The translations under genes and the position numbers were made by a program. This document shows positions 39,593-57,490 of a stretch of 64,000 bases of DNA, one piece after another (within the stretch, counting starts at the first letter, position 1; each line of letters begins with the position of its first letter). Below the pieces are notes generated by a model. The model was not told the origin of the DNA. It worked only from the letters and a program-made list of their open reading frames with translations, and ran no database searches. Source of the stretch: Eimeria praecox (Eukaryota); contig OY986946.1 of NCBI GenBank assembly GCA_963920595.1, forward strand, positions 3,906,001-3,970,000. Reading direction: 5' to 3'.

Positions 39593-39625
<33 letters not shown>

Positions 39626-39644
39626 AGCAGCAGCAACAGCAGCA

Positions 39645-39680
<36 letters not shown>

Positions 39681-39842
39681 AAACCCGAACAGCCAGCGAC
39701 ACAGACCCTCTAAAGCCTCTACCCAGCCTCTGCGTTCCCCTTAGTGCTTCTGAAGCAACACAGCAGCACCAACAGCAGCAGCTGCTGCTGCTGCAGCAGC
39801 AGCAGCAGCAGGACAAAGACGAATCGCAGAAGGGGGCAGCAG

Positions 39843-39883
<41 letters not shown>

Positions 39884-40636
39884 GCAGCAACACGGGATTT
39901 GGGGTGTACAGACGCCGCTGTGATATCTCAGCAGGAACATCGCAGCGATGTGTACATAGACGAGGCGAACACAAAACAAATAAATAAAAATAAGATAGAT
40001 GAAGAGAGAAGACAAACAAACAATAAACAAGAAAATAATACAGGAGGGGGTTTCTGTGGGGCAGCTATCACAGACAGCCGTGTAGACGAAACACAGCAGA
40101 CTCAACAGATACAGGAACCTGCTGCTGCTGCTGCTGCTGCAGCAGCAGCAGCAGCAGCAGCAGAAACAACTGATTCAGCTGCAGCAGGAGCAGCAACAGT
40201 AGCAGCAGCATCAACTGCAGCAGCAACTGCAGCATCAGCATCAGCAGCAGCAGCAGCACCGGAAGCAGAGGAACCGAAAGGATGGCTTGGGGGCCCTCAG
40301 GTGTACAGACGGATCATCGACGGTATAGCGCATCTAGCAGAGCAGACAGGCATAGCGAGGCCTCTGAGGCTGCAGAGCGCCGCTGCAGCAGAACCTCAGA
40401 CAAGTGATACAGGAGCTGTTGTTGTTGCTGCTGCTGCTGCTGCTGCTGATACTGCTGATGCTGCTGCTGCTGCTGTTGCTGCTGCTGTCGGTGCCTCTGC
40501 TCCCGAAGTTGACAGCGATGACAGCAACAGCCCCGCATCATCTTCTGCTGCACATCTTGAAGTCGAAGAGCAGCAGCAGCCGCAGCAGCTGCTGCAGCAA
40601 CAGCAGCTGCATCAGCAGCAGCAGCCACAGCCGCTT

Positions 40637-40673
<37 letters not shown>

Positions 40674-41185
40674 CTTCTGACGCTGCTGCTGAGTTTGATG
40701 AGGCTGAAGGAGGCAGCAGCAAGAAGGCTTCGGTGAACTGGTTGTGGGGTTTGTTGTATGCTAATACACACAGTCAAGGAGGAGGAGCTGCTGCTGCTGC
40801 AGGAGCAGCAACAGCTGCTGCTGCTCCTGCTGCTGCTCCTGCTGCTCCTGCTGCTGCTGTTTCTGCTGCTGTTTCTGCTGCTGGTTCTGCTGCTGCTGCT
40901 AGCATAGGAGAGAGCCGGCATCCCAGCAGCGTTGCTGCTAGCTATCTAGCGAAAGGAGGAGGGGGAGGAGGCTTACAGGTTGAGAGTGTGTCTAGACAGC
41001 AGTGTGAGACTGAGGGTACTCTCCCCCTGAGAGAGAGTATACCTCGAAGGCCGAGCATGCATACGCCCTTCGATAGCAGCTACACCTACGCGGTGTACAG
41101 ACAAGAAGCTGCAGATGTTGCAAGGAGAAATGAGAGAAGAGCGACAGACGGAGGAATATCATGGCAGCCAAACTGCAGCAGCAGC

Positions 41186-41219
<34 letters not shown>

Positions 41220-42088
41220 GGAGCAGAGGAGCGGGTGTACAGTACCTGACGGCTGATCCACATACCACAGCAGCAGCAGCAGCGGCAGCAGCAGCAGCAG
41301 CTGCTGCTGCTGCTGCTGGAGTCGGGAGAGACCCTCGTCGGGTGTTGACGGCGTCGTGCGAGGATATTAATTTCTCTCGGATTGAAGAAAAGACGATGCT
41401 GCAGCAAATGAAGCAGCAGCAGCAGCAGCAGCAGATAAGAACAGCAGCAGCTCTTCAATATCATCTGCCAGCAGCAAATAGAGGTTTATACAGCACCAGC
41501 AGCAGCAACAACAGCAGCAGCAGCAATAGCTCTCATATGTTAGATTTGTCTGTTTACAGAGGCTCAACGACATATCCTGGGGTGTCTATACACCTCAGCG
41601 ATGCTGCTGCAGCCTCTCAAAATCCTCCGCCGCCTTCGTGGTCTCTACCTTCTTCTTCTTGCTATTCACATCAGGTTCTTCCTCTCGATAGTGCTTCTTT
41701 TGCTGCCTTCTTCCCTAGTAATAATACTACAGCACAGCAGCAGCAGCAGCTGCTGCTGCAGCAGCAGCAGCAGCACTTGCAGCTGCAGCAGCTGCAGCAG
41801 CAGCAGCAGCAGCAGCAATGGGGAGGCCTTAGACGAGATCTTCCTGCTGATATGCATCCAACAGCCAACCTGCCGCTGCATCTACAGCTACAGCTGCAGC
41901 AGCAGCACCAGCAGCATCAGCAGCAGATACACATGCAGCAGCAGCAGCAACAGCAGCTGCAACTGCAGCTGCACCTGCAGCAGCAGCAGCAGATGCAGCA
42001 GCCGCTGCAGCTCCCTCTGCAACAGCACATCGTCAACAACCCTCCAGAGGCTTCCTATCCTTACTCATACGAACATACATATCAATAG
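28307..42088 (+). CDS. Large STE20-like Ser/Thr protein kinase (~2971 aa) with long low-complexity N- and C-terminal extensions
   Basis: Exons 28307-31764, 32135-32298, 32877-33301, 33781-33893, 34253-34293, 34581-34658, 35504-35650, 37338-37721 and 37983-42088 keep frame (8916 nt). Motifs [66 protein letters not shown] and [21 protein letters not shown] and GTPxWMAPE are STE20-type. The kinase domain is certain; the tail exon structure is less so. Confidence 0.88.
34658..35240 (+). repeat. AT-rich minisatellite, five ~116-122-bp units, each beginning with the intron donor
   Basis: CGTAAGAATTAAATATTTATAATATTT starts at 34658, 34774, 34896, 35012 and 35128. Confidence 0.92.
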
Positions 42089-42508
42089 CCTTACATACAG
42101 CTGCATGCATGCAGCAGCACATGCTGCTGCTGCAGCAGCAGCAGCAACAGCAGCAGCAGATGCTGCAGCAGATGCTGCAGCAGAAGCATCTTTTAGTTTT
42201 TTATTGTCGACTTTTTCGTATTTTTCCTTCTTTTGACTTTGAGAGTAAAGAAAGAAAAAAGTTGTTTATTTATTTACTTGTTTATTTGTTTATTTGTTTA
42301 TTTGTTTATTTGTTTATTTGTTTATTTACTTGTTTATTTGTTTATTTACTTGTTTATTTGTCTACTTGTTTGTTTCTTTATTTGTTTGTTTCACCGCAGA
42401 TTTCCTCATTAAGGATTTCTCTGTCTCTCAGTTATTTTCTTCTTCTTCTTTAAAAATAAAAACAAACAGAAAACAAAGAGGCAAATTCGCCTCTAAGAAA
42501 GAGCAGAA

Positions 42509-42545
42509 CATGCATGCATGCATGCATGCATGCATGCATGCATGC
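42509..42545. repeat. (CATG)n / TGCATGCA palindromic array between two convergent stop codons
   Basis: Nine tandem CATG units. TGCATGCA is a known abundant coccidian motif; shorter runs lie near 50370, 50838 and 51254. Confidence 0.9.
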
Positions 42546-42585
42546 GTGTGTTTGGGGCTTTGGCAGTAGCTGCGGCGTTGTTTAT

Positions 42586-43922
42586 CTACATAATATAATT
42601 CAAGAGGAGTTGTAGTGTTAATTGTATTACTTCTTCTCCCCTCTTTTGTTTTTCTTGAGAAGCAACAAAAGCGAAAGGAGAAAAATATAAAGATGAAGAG
42701 ACAGAAGCTCTCGATTCATATACCTTAGCGCTGCATGCACTCTCAGGTGTATGTACTGTTGTTGTTGCTGCTGCTGCTGCTGCTGTCTGTACACCCGAAC
42801 TGCCAGCTCCTGTTGCTGCAGCAGGTGCTGCCTCTGCTGCTGCTGCTGCAGCTGCTGCAGGAGCAGCAGCAGGAGCAGCAGCAGCAGCAGCAGCAGCAGT
42901 GTTAACAGCGTCGTTGTCTCCTTCGTTATAGAGGGTGTTGAGGAGCAGTCTGGCGCCAAGTTGTATAGAGAAGCTATTAGAGGAATTGTTGTGTAGCTTC
43001 TGTACAGCTAGCTTCATCTAAAAACAAATAAAAATAAATATATTAAAAACAAATAAAATAAAATATATTAAAACAAAAAAAGAAACAGAGAAGGAGAGAT
43101 AACTAACGTACCTCCGCTGTACAGAGATATTTATTACTATACCAGAGGGGCTTTACTTCAGATAGCTGCATGCAAACAAAATTAATTAAATATATATATT
43201 ATATATATCATATTATATTATATATTATATATTATTCATAGGTAACAAACAGCAGCAGCAACAGCAGCAGCAACAGCACCAACAACAGCAGCAACAACAG
43301 CAGCAGCAGCAACAGCAGCAGCAAGGAAGGTATGCTTACAATGACAGCTAGTAAAGCACGGGGGGCTCTGCTAAGCTTCGCTGCTGCTGCATTTGCCGCT
43401 GCAGCATCAGCAGCAGCAGCAGCTGCTGCTGCTGCTGCTCCTGCTGCTGCTCCTGCTGCTGCTGCTGCTGCTGCTGTTTGCTGGTGATAAGGAGAGAATA
43501 TATATCTGTTGAAGATAGGAAGGAGAGAGAAAGTTGTAGATATTAAACAAGAACGAAGTAATGAATTAATTAAAGTGGAAGTAAGCAAAGAACAGAGACA
43601 GACTATCCCGGCGTCAGCTCCGGTGTCTGTACAGCTCTAAGTAAGATAGAATAATAAATATAATAAAGATAAATAAAATAAAAGATAAATGTTTTATCTA
43701 CTTCTTCTCTTGTATATATTCTCTACTTTACCTTCGCTATTGCTTCGATACTCAAATCCATAATCTCCGCTGTCTCCTCATCAGTGTAGCTCCGCTTCAC
43801 CTGTTAGATATAAATATAATATAAGAAAATATATAAAGATAAATATATAAATATAAATATATAAATAAATAAATAAATAAATAGATAAATAGATAAATAG
43901 ACAAATAGATAGACATATATGC

Positions 43923-44015
<93 letters not shown>

Positions 44016-44171
44016 TTCTCTTTCTTTTCTATATGGAGCTTGCATGCAGCATCATAGTATTTTACGTGTGAGATGAAGAGAGAAGAAAGCAAGAGACAGA
44101 CAGAAGCTCGAACGTATTCTGTTGAGTTGTGGCTGAGCAAGGAAACATAAGACGCATGATTGAGCCTCTGT

Positions 44172-44207
<36 letters not shown>

Positions 44208-44763
44208 TTGCTGCTGCTGTTGCTGCTGCTGTTGTCTTCGAGTAGGGGGTTTAGAACTATCGCCAGCAACATTTCGGGGACTTCTTCTCTTTCTCTCTGT
44301 ACATGTTTGTATTTAAAGATAATAATAATTATAATATTAGTAATAATAATAATAATATTTAGAATATTAATAAAGATAATAATAATAATAAGGATAATAA
44401 GAAGAATAAAGATAATAGTAATAACAACAATAAGATTAATATTATTAATATTAATATTAATATTAATATTAATATTAATAGTAATAATAATAATAATAAT
44501 AATATTGTTGTTGTTGATATGATAAGAACATGAAGAGAAGTTTAAAGTAAAGATAAATTGCTGCTGTCTGCCTGCGTATATCTTTCTATTATTTGTTTTT
44601 CTTCTCACTGTTTGTTGTGTCATCAGCAGCGATAAAACAGAAAAAGATAATATAACAATTTCTTCTTCTTTTGTTTTCTCTCGCGTGTATTTAAGACTTT
44701 GTATGACTTGTTGAAGAAGAGACAGAAGATAAGAAGAACTCCTTAATGTATGCAAGGCTGTAC

Positions 44764-44814
<51 letters not shown>

Positions 44815-45284
44815 GAGAGAGATAATGGGAGCTTACCTCTCTCTAAATTGTGGTGTCTACAGATTAACAAACACTGCAATACAACACCAAGAAAGTCGGA
44901 GAGGATAAAATATTTCTCCTGAAGAAAACCAAAAATATATGAAGATACGAATGTTGAAACAAAAAGAAAAAAACAAAAAAATAAACGAACAGGAGAAGAA
45001 GAAGAAGGAAATATAAGAAGAAATCTTGCTAGCTGATGTAGTTTTATTGCTATTCTGAGAGTCTTTCCTCCTTCGAATGTATTTATATTTAATAAATAAA
45101 GAGAAGATGCCTGTAATATATTTAATTTAAAAAAAAATAAATATAAAATATAACAAACTCAACAACTTTATCTAACCTGTATCGCCACAGTTATGTTTGC
45201 TGTCGATACACCTGAGGCTTCATATTCGCCTCTTTCAGTTTCTGCTGCTATACAACGTCCAACTAGCTGCAGCAGAACCTCTGA

Positions 45285-45321
<37 letters not shown>

Positions 45322-45538
45322 AGCATTTGAGAGACGAGGTAGCGGGCTGTGTCTGGCTGCCAGTGAAGGCGAAGGACTTCCTCTTGCAGCACAAGTTGAA
45401 GCAGAGTCTGATAATGTTGGTGTTTATTGTTTATGTTGTCTGCTATTTAGATAAATATATGCATGCAGATATTTATATATATACATTTACATATATTCTT
45501 ACTTATTTATTTAAATGTAGATTTATTTATTTATTTGT

Positions 45539-45613
<75 letters not shown>

Positions 45614-45838
45614 TATTACACTTACAGGAAAAGCAGTTATTCCCTCCTCCCCCAACAACGGAGGCAAACGTTGAGAAGTTAACAAAATATCAAAATGTAC
45701 AAAGTTAGATAATTGGAAGCGAAGACACTCCAAGTCATCACCACTCTCGATGCATGCATCTGCGGCCTCCAACAAACAAAACAAACCCTGAAAGATATAA
45801 AAAGTATATATATTCATGTGTATGTACAGATATAATAG

Positions 45839-45899
<61 letters not shown>

Positions 45900-46476
45900 C
45901 ATATAACATATATAATAGATTATATACATATTTATTTATTTATATTAATTTATTTATCTATAAAAAGCGTTATATGCTCTAACCTGTTTAATATGTTTTG
46001 TGAATATCGGATTTGTACAGAAGTTCCACTCATCAAAAGATATAAACTTACAAATAGAAGAAAAGTGTTGAAGTAGATTTTGTTTAAATAATTTAAATTG
46101 TTTATCTTTATATAAAACGCATGCAAAGAAAATAACAACACGAGGATGTTTTAGGGTCTTTTTCTGTATATTTATGAAAATATATAAATAAATAAATACA
46201 TAAATAAATAAAAGAAAAAGAAACAAACAGAGAAAAAGAAGAAAAAGAAGAAGAAGAAGAAAGACATACCTTAGAAACTTCTAGAGGCCTCCATAGCAGC
46301 TGCTGCACTGCTGCTGCTGCTCTGTTTCAATAACAGTAGAAAAGATAAACAATAAAGAGAAAGTCTTCTTCTTCCCACCAACAAGACAAACAAATAACTT
46401 ACTCTTTCAGCTCTCGAGGAGTATCGCTGAGACTTGTGCTGTAAAATAAGAAATTAGATTGGCTGCTTCTTCATGT

Positions 46477-46507
<31 letters not shown>

Positions 46508-46835
46508 GCTGCTGCTGCTGCTGTTCTTACTTGTGACTTAGAAGTAAAATAGAAATTGCAGTTATTTCAAAATCGGAATTCGAGTTTTGCTTTTCTTGTC
46601 CTGAGTTTCCTGTAATCGTTTAGGTGTATAGAGAGATATATTGTTTAAGTTTATTTTCTTTCTTTTCTATATATTTATTTATATTTATTTATTATTATTT
46701 ACTTATTCTATTTATTAGCTCCCCTACTCCAACAGATATATCACAATCTACAGCAGCAGCCGCTCCGCTCGATGATGGCGTTGCATGCAGCAACATTTGC
46801 AGCAGCACAGTAAGAAAAGAAGATGCTTTGTGCTG

Positions 46836-46869
<34 letters not shown>

Positions 46870-47132
46870 TCTCCTGTTGCTGTTGCTGTTGCTGCTGCTG
46901 TTGCTGCTGGTGTTGCTGCTGTTGCGTCGGAGGGAAGGGAAAAGGTGGTGGGGGGGGACTTTGCAGCCAGACGAAGAGAAATAATGATGAGATTTCTGTT
47001 TTTTTTCATATTTATTTAATCAGCATAGAAAGTAGACAGAAAAATAAACTTACCGCATTATACCTTCTTCATCTGCATGCAAGTAATAAGGAAAAAAAAA
47101 TATAAATAAATAAATAAGTAAATAAATAAAAA

Positions 47133-47169
<37 letters not shown>

Positions 47170-47355
47170 TAAATATATAGTTAAATAGCTCTTACTAGCG
47201 CAGATAAGGAATTGCTTTACTACGTCCAGCAATTGAGGAGGGACTATATAATTTTTATTCTTGATAAACAAAACAAAGAAAATATTATTTAGAAATAAAA
47301 CTTGTTCTTCTTCTGCAGTAGGACAGGTATTCTGAAGTAATACAGTTGTAATAGA

Positions 47356-47413
<58 letters not shown>

Positions 47414-48162
47414 ATGAATATAAAAAATCAAGAATAAAATACTATAATTAAATAAATGTATTTATTTCATCTTACTTTCCAAATAAAGAAGAAAGTAGAA
47501 GCAATCTTCACATCAAGAGAAATACAGATATGTATATTTTGTATCTCTTCTTCGTTTGTTGTAGAATATAAAATATAACTATGAATTTGTATAAGAGAGA
47601 ATATGATATTTGATAAAGAAGAAAAAATCTTAAGACGCGAAGCCTCAGCCCATCGTTTTTCTGTTTGTTTGAGAGCATGTTGTAGTTGTTGTATTTCAAA
47701 TAATCTGAAGATGATGTTGTGTTTGTTATTAACAACAAATAAAACATATTTAATTTAAAAAAACAAATAAAAACAAACTCAAAAACTTAAATTTCTTACA
47801 TTTGCAGCCATAAATTCATATGAAATTTCCTCGGTTTCGGATTTCTTGCAGCTGTACATACACCCGAAAAATTATTTTTTTTTCTTGTTTTTCTTTCTAT
47901 TTTTATATTTCGTTTGTTATTTATATTTATTATTCTTACCTTCGAAAACTTTTGCAGATAAAGAAAGCATTTGAACAGCCCACTGTACATCCACCGCAGT
48001 ATTTAGTTGTGTAGAGCAACAACGTTTTTGGTTTTCTTGTAATATTTCTATAAAATTTATATTATTATAATGAAGAGGGAGATGTGAAGAAGGAAGAAGA
48101 CAAATAGAAGATGTAGAGATGCTCATTATAGCAGCTAGTTTATCTTCGTTGGGGGTCCAGTC

Positions 48163-48254
<92 letters not shown>

Positions 48255-48488
48255 AGATACACAAAATATATCTTTCAAGAAAAGAAGAAACACGAAAAGT
48301 TTTTTTTATTATTCTGTTTATTATTATTCTTAGTATTCTACTTACTCTTCTTAAATCAATTAAACGGGCGATAGCAGACAATATCCAAATACTATCTTGT
48401 CTCTTTTTTGTAATAGAGAGGAGAGTGTTGAAGGCTGTATACATAATAAAATAATGTTAGAAGATGCGGTGTATGCACAGACACCTCA

Positions 48489-48576
<88 letters not shown>

Positions 48577-49245
48577 TTACTAGTTTCAAGATGATGATGA
48601 GAGAATATAGGAGAAGAGAAGATATGTTGTTGCATGCATTGTACAGCATCTCTAGCAATATCTTTTTTATTTTTTGTTGCTTCTAATATCCAATCAACAA
48701 TACAAATATCCTCAATTAATAAATGTTTCCAGGTTTGTGATAATGTTGATAGGAGAAGCTGCAGCAGCTGCAGCGCGAGATGCAGCACTTGCTGCTGTGC
48801 TGCAGTAGAAGCAAACACAGATTGAAATGTATCTCCTAGCTGCAGCAGCACTTTCGAATCTACACAGACACCAAAATCAAAATCCTCTTCCTGCTGCTGC
48901 TGCTGCTGTTGCTGCTGCTGTTGCTGCTGTTGCTGCTGGTGTTGTTGTTGCTGCTGCTGTAGCTGCTGTTGCTGCTGTTGTAGCTGTAGTACTTGAAAAC
49001 AATCTAAGACAGTCTGCAGCAGCTGCTGCAACGAAGGGTGTGTAGGAGGCAGCGGTCTGAGAGCTGCTGCAAGTTGCTGCAAGCAGCAGGAGATAAGAGA
49101 AGAAGATTTGCTGCTTGTTGAGTTTAGCTTAAGTACAGAAGAGAAGATGTTGAGGATGAGTCCGCCCTCAGCTGCTTCGGATTTCAAAGCAGCAGGAAGA
49201 GCAGACATCAAACACCTCCACAAACCGGGGTCCTAAGAAAAGAAG

Positions 49246-49307
<62 letters not shown>

Positions 49308-50069
49308 GGAGCAATAAGAATACGAACAAATCATTCTACGCTGTTCGTGTATTATTTGTTTATTTCTTCTTTACCTGAAACACAAGTGCTGCTTTAGGTG
49401 TTTGTCTTGATAGCAATTTCTTCAATAGCAAAAGTAGAATGAGAGGAGGAGGCTCCGAAGATAATAAACAATGTTGCACCTTCGAGGCTAATTCTGCTTC
49501 GCTGTGTACGTCAGCATTGTGTTTGTATGCAGCTTCATCTATAAATACAAGAAGGCTGCAGTGACAGAGAAAAAGGAGAAGAAATAATATTTTTAAAATT
49601 GTATTTGCTTGTTTTGTTTTGTTTTGTTTTGTTTTATTATTCTTACTCAATTACGGCTTCAAACGAAGAGAATTCAGGAAAAGTAGAATCTCCTATATCT
49701 TCGTTTCTGAGAAAATCTAACTAGAAACAAAAATTTAATTTAGATTTAGTAGGAGGCCGCCGTTTAAATATTAATTTCGTTGAAACTCACAACAGATTCT
49801 ACAAATGTCGTTGAGTGAAGAAGATAATACCCTACGCGTCCAACTGCGTGTTGTTGCAATTGATGCAACGTGATAGAAACCTCTTGTATAAAACAAAGCT
49901 TTCGAGTAGGAGGTAGCTTCTTTTCAAGGGTGATAGCAACGCAATCAAAACATATTTCCTGTCCTGAACACATCTCAGAAGCCCACGGATGATGATGTTC
50001 ATGACCTTCCAACTGTCGATTCAAAAGAGAATTTGCACATAAAGTGCTGGGGAATTTCAATTCAAACAT
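42586..50069 (-). CDS. Multi-exon Leu-rich alpha-helical (ARM/HEAT-like) protein; candidate MEI1/PRD1 meiotic factor homologue
   Basis: The first four exons (49836-50069, 49647-49720, 49375-49555, 48581-49232) splice in frame. Further coding blocks lie near 48350-48460, 47940-48160, 46720-46960, 45985-46040, 45625-45785, 45180-45390, 44015-44300 and 43340-43620, with a last exon at 42586-43017. The N-terminus has H-x-HH-x-W...ICFDCV...RK. Internal exons are not fully resolved, and the family call rests on recalled sequences only. Confidence 0.6.
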
Positions 50070-50906
50070 GTTTAATTGTTTATAAAAAAAAGAAAAGAAA
50101 GAGAAAACACAAAGATCGCTCCTAAAACAGGGGTTTTAAGTATCTATTCTACTTCTTTCAACAGTATTCTTATACTGCCTGTTTGAGCTGTCTGTACACC
50201 TGAAATTTTCGCCTCTAGATGCTGAAGAAAGCATAACTACGATTCATGTGCAATACGAATCTATTTCTTTTCATGAATATTTGTTTCTTTGTTTCTTTCC
50301 GTTTTCAAATTCTATATTTTTTTATATTTTTTTAAAATTATTTAAAAGGGTTGTTCGTATCAAACTCAGCATGCATGCATGGCTTCCCCTATCATTTCAA
50401 TATTTGAATATTTGAACGGAAACCGAATGACAAATATTGGGAATATTAAATAATTCGAAACAAACCACAAGTTTTTCTTTTCTGTTCGCCTTTCCCTTTT
50501 TACGGTTTCCTATGAATGGAAACAGAAGGAAAGCGCCAGCAGGCACATGACAAGGAACAAATGATGTTGAAGCTGCACCTGTGTATCTATCTGCAAGTGC
50601 AAGATCATGTGTGTAGTAGTGTATGTGTGTGTATGTTTGTTTGTTTGTGTGTATGTATGTATTAAGTTGTATTTCATAATTTTATGATATGTTTGAATGT
50701 GTATATTATATGTATGTGTGTATGCGTCGTATGCATACCTTCATCAGCATTTGTTTGCATAGGCATATATGCCTCTGCATGCAAGTATGTATGTGTAGGA
50801 GATTGTGTACACGTGTATACATACATGTTCTTGTTGTGCATGCATGCATGCATGCATGCAAGTATGTATGTTTAAAGGCGGAGGTATCCGCATTCAAGTG
50901 TGTAGA

Positions 50907-50979
<73 letters not shown>

Positions 50980-51044
50980 TGCTTGATTTGGCTTTGTTTT
51001 ATCTCAGCCTTCTTATCTACTCTATCACCTAAGCACCCAGCAGT

Positions 51045-51096
<52 letters not shown>

Positions 51097-51294
51097 ATAG
51101 TAGTAGTAGCAGCTGCTGCCACTTCGCATCAGCTGCTCTGCTCAGCTTCTTCTTCTTCTCCTTCTTCTTCTCCTTCTCCCTCCACGTACGACATCATTCC
51201 CATTGCAGCAGTTTCAAGCATTACAATTGTGTTCATGCATATGCATCCCCGCATGCATGCATGCATACTGCTGCTGCTGCTGCTGCTGCTGCTC

Positions 51295-54805
<3,511 letters not shown>

Positions 54806-55056
54806 TGTAGATAAATCAAAAATTTAATTTAAGCAAATAAACGACTAGAAATACGATCAAAAACAACAATCATATGAATTCACACAAATTATTATTGTTG
54901 TTTTTCTTCTTTAATTATAAAGAAGAAGAAACAAAATAACTCTAATAAATATTATTCAAGAAATATATACAACAAACATACACATACATACACAACACGA
55001 GCCGCTCAAGCCCCGACCAATCTTCCTGTCAAGCCAAAAGCCCTGAACACACATAC

Positions 55057-55214
55057 AAACCCTAAACCCTAGAAACCCTAGAAACCCTAGATAAAACCCT
55101 ACAAACCCTAGAAACCCTACAAACCCTAGAAACCCTAGAAACCCTAGATAAAACCCTAGATAAAACCCTAGATAAAACCCTAGATAAAACCCTAGATACA
55201 AACCCTAAACCCTA
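55057..55214. repeat. Degenerate internal telomere-like array (AAACCCT with AG/AC/AGATA spacers)
   Basis: Units AAACCCT, AAACCCTAG, AAACCCTAC and AAAACCCTAGAT, about 250 bp upstream of the PKA ATG. Confidence 0.9.
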
Positions 55215-56837
55215 GGAAGACGGGTTCAGCTATTCGACAGCAGCAGACATTTGCTATATTCTTGTTTTGTGGTGTTGCTTCTTCAAAATATATTTTAATA
55301 GATAAATAATAAAGAAGAACAAAATATATTTTTATTTTTTATATTTTCTTCTTATTTTCTTCCCACTCAAATAAAAATTAGAAATTGTTGTTTGCTCTAA
55401 ATATAACAAAATAATAAAATAAAAACAAACAGAAAATGTTGAATTTGTCTACTTATCAATATTTGTATTTGCTCAAATGAGCAAATAACAAATAAAAAAT
55501 AATATTATCGATGTAAGATTCATTCAGGTGTACGTACACATAACATACACCGCAGACACTGAAGATTGCATGCAGAGAGAGAAAGAGAGAGATAGAGATA
55601 GAATGTTTTCTTGTTTAATAAAACAAGCAGTTATAATACTAATATAAACAAGCAGCATCAATTGTTTATAGCTATGAATATCTATAAACAATTTAAAAGA
55701 AACAGAATAGAGGAAAGAAAGATAAAAGGGAGATAATGTATGAAAGCTGCGATTTGATGTTTTAAATAAATATAAAAAGAATTAATTGACGTTGTTGATA
55801 TCTGTTGTTTTATTTCTTCAATTTTTTTTGATTTTGTTTCTGCTATAAACAACGTAATTGTAGTATTCTTTCAAAGCAACAATAAGCGAATTCGTCCTCC
55901 CCACGGCGCTTCATGGTTGTTGATGCTATATATATGGATGAGAAGCTATAAAATGGTTTAAATAATAAATAAAATACATTAAAATAAACATATAAAAACA
56001 AATTAATAAAACAAATGAATTCTTTTCGTTCTTCTCTACTCACCCATTAGACTGACAAGCTGCAACAGCGACGGTAGGAAGGAGATGAAACAATGCACGA
56101 GCAGCACCAATCCTCTTCAAGTTTTTTATATATATTCAAAGACTTCCACCAAAACAAAAAGAAATAAATATAAAACAAAGTTTACAAAAACAACGAAGAA
56201 AAACAAACAGCGGCGCCGTCACAACGCACAGCACGGCTGCAACAGACAGCTTCCTACTCCTCTTCATACAACATCAGCATTCGTTCTAGCAATAATTTCA
56301 TGATAAAAACATTATTTTATACTTTATTTTGTTATTTCTTACATTTTATTCCAAATAAAACCATCATAAATACTTTTCTTGCGTTCATTTAACCCCTGCC
56401 GCACCGCCGCTATACAATGGTCTTGAACGGTCTGGTGTACGTACAGCTGACATATATAACATTGTAGAGTATTTGTTTACGAAGATTACGTTTAAACATT
56501 CAATTAATTTCAAATTAAATTAATTAAACGTTTAAAGAATTACTTTAGCAACATCATGATACAGCTGAGGCTGAGTAGATATATAACTTCTGTACAACAT
56601 AACAGCAGCAGCCCCTCATATAAACATTCCTTCTTATCTTAATTTAATTAATATATATTATATTTAGAATCTTCTGCTTATCTTTTTATATAATTTAAAT
56701 ATTTAAAATTAAAACAACTTCTTCTCAAGGTTAGACTCTCCTCTTTGATGCATTACTAACTGTATACAGGAATCGTGGAAGGCTATAGAAGGAGAATGCG
56801 ATAAAGAACAGCATCTTCTTCCTTTTGTTTGTATTTG

Positions 56838-56884
<47 letters not shown>

Positions 56885-57222
56885 TATTATTTTCTACTGC
56901 TAAGGTCTTTCTCCCTCTGATTCTATTCTGTAGGAGATTGTAGCATTTCTTTGTTTTTGTTAATTTGTTCTTGTGTTGTTGGCTCCGTCTTTTCTGTTGT
57001 GTTGTTGTATGTTCCTCTTGTTTATTAATAAACAACTATTAATAAACAAGAAGAGCAGACAACAGCATTTAATGTATATCCCCCAATTACTTCATAATAA
57101 ACAAACAAAAGAAAAGAACAAAAGATAAATATAAATATATACGCTACACCTTCTTACTGTTCTTAATAATCCTGAAAATGATACGGCCTATGAAAGTATT
57201 AACAGCAAGTAGTTTACCAATA

Positions 57223-57291
<69 letters not shown>

Positions 57292-57367
57292 CGTGTACGT
57301 ACTAAACAAGCGAAAGCCGGGTTGTTACGAAAGGCTTCTTATGATTCTTTTGACTCCTTTATGTACA

Positions 57368-57490
57368 AATAAATATAAATAAATATAAATAAATATAAAT
57401 AAATATAAATAAATAAATATAAATAAATATAAATAAATATAAATAAATATAAATAAATATATATAAATATAAATAAATATAAATATAAGT
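57368..57490. repeat. AT-only decamer minisatellite (AATAAATATA)n
   Basis: Directly visible tandem units. Confidence 0.8.

Noticed and set aside
38579..42088. 1169-aa ORF as an independent gene
   Set aside because: It starts at a non-ATG codon, and the frame stays open upstream to an acceptor at 37982/3 that is in phase with the kinase exons.
54985..55042. Peptide GFWLDRKIGRGLSG resembling a kinase Gly-loop, as an alternative PKA exon
   Set aside because: No donor was found that restores an intact GxGxxG loop when joined to PKA exon 2.
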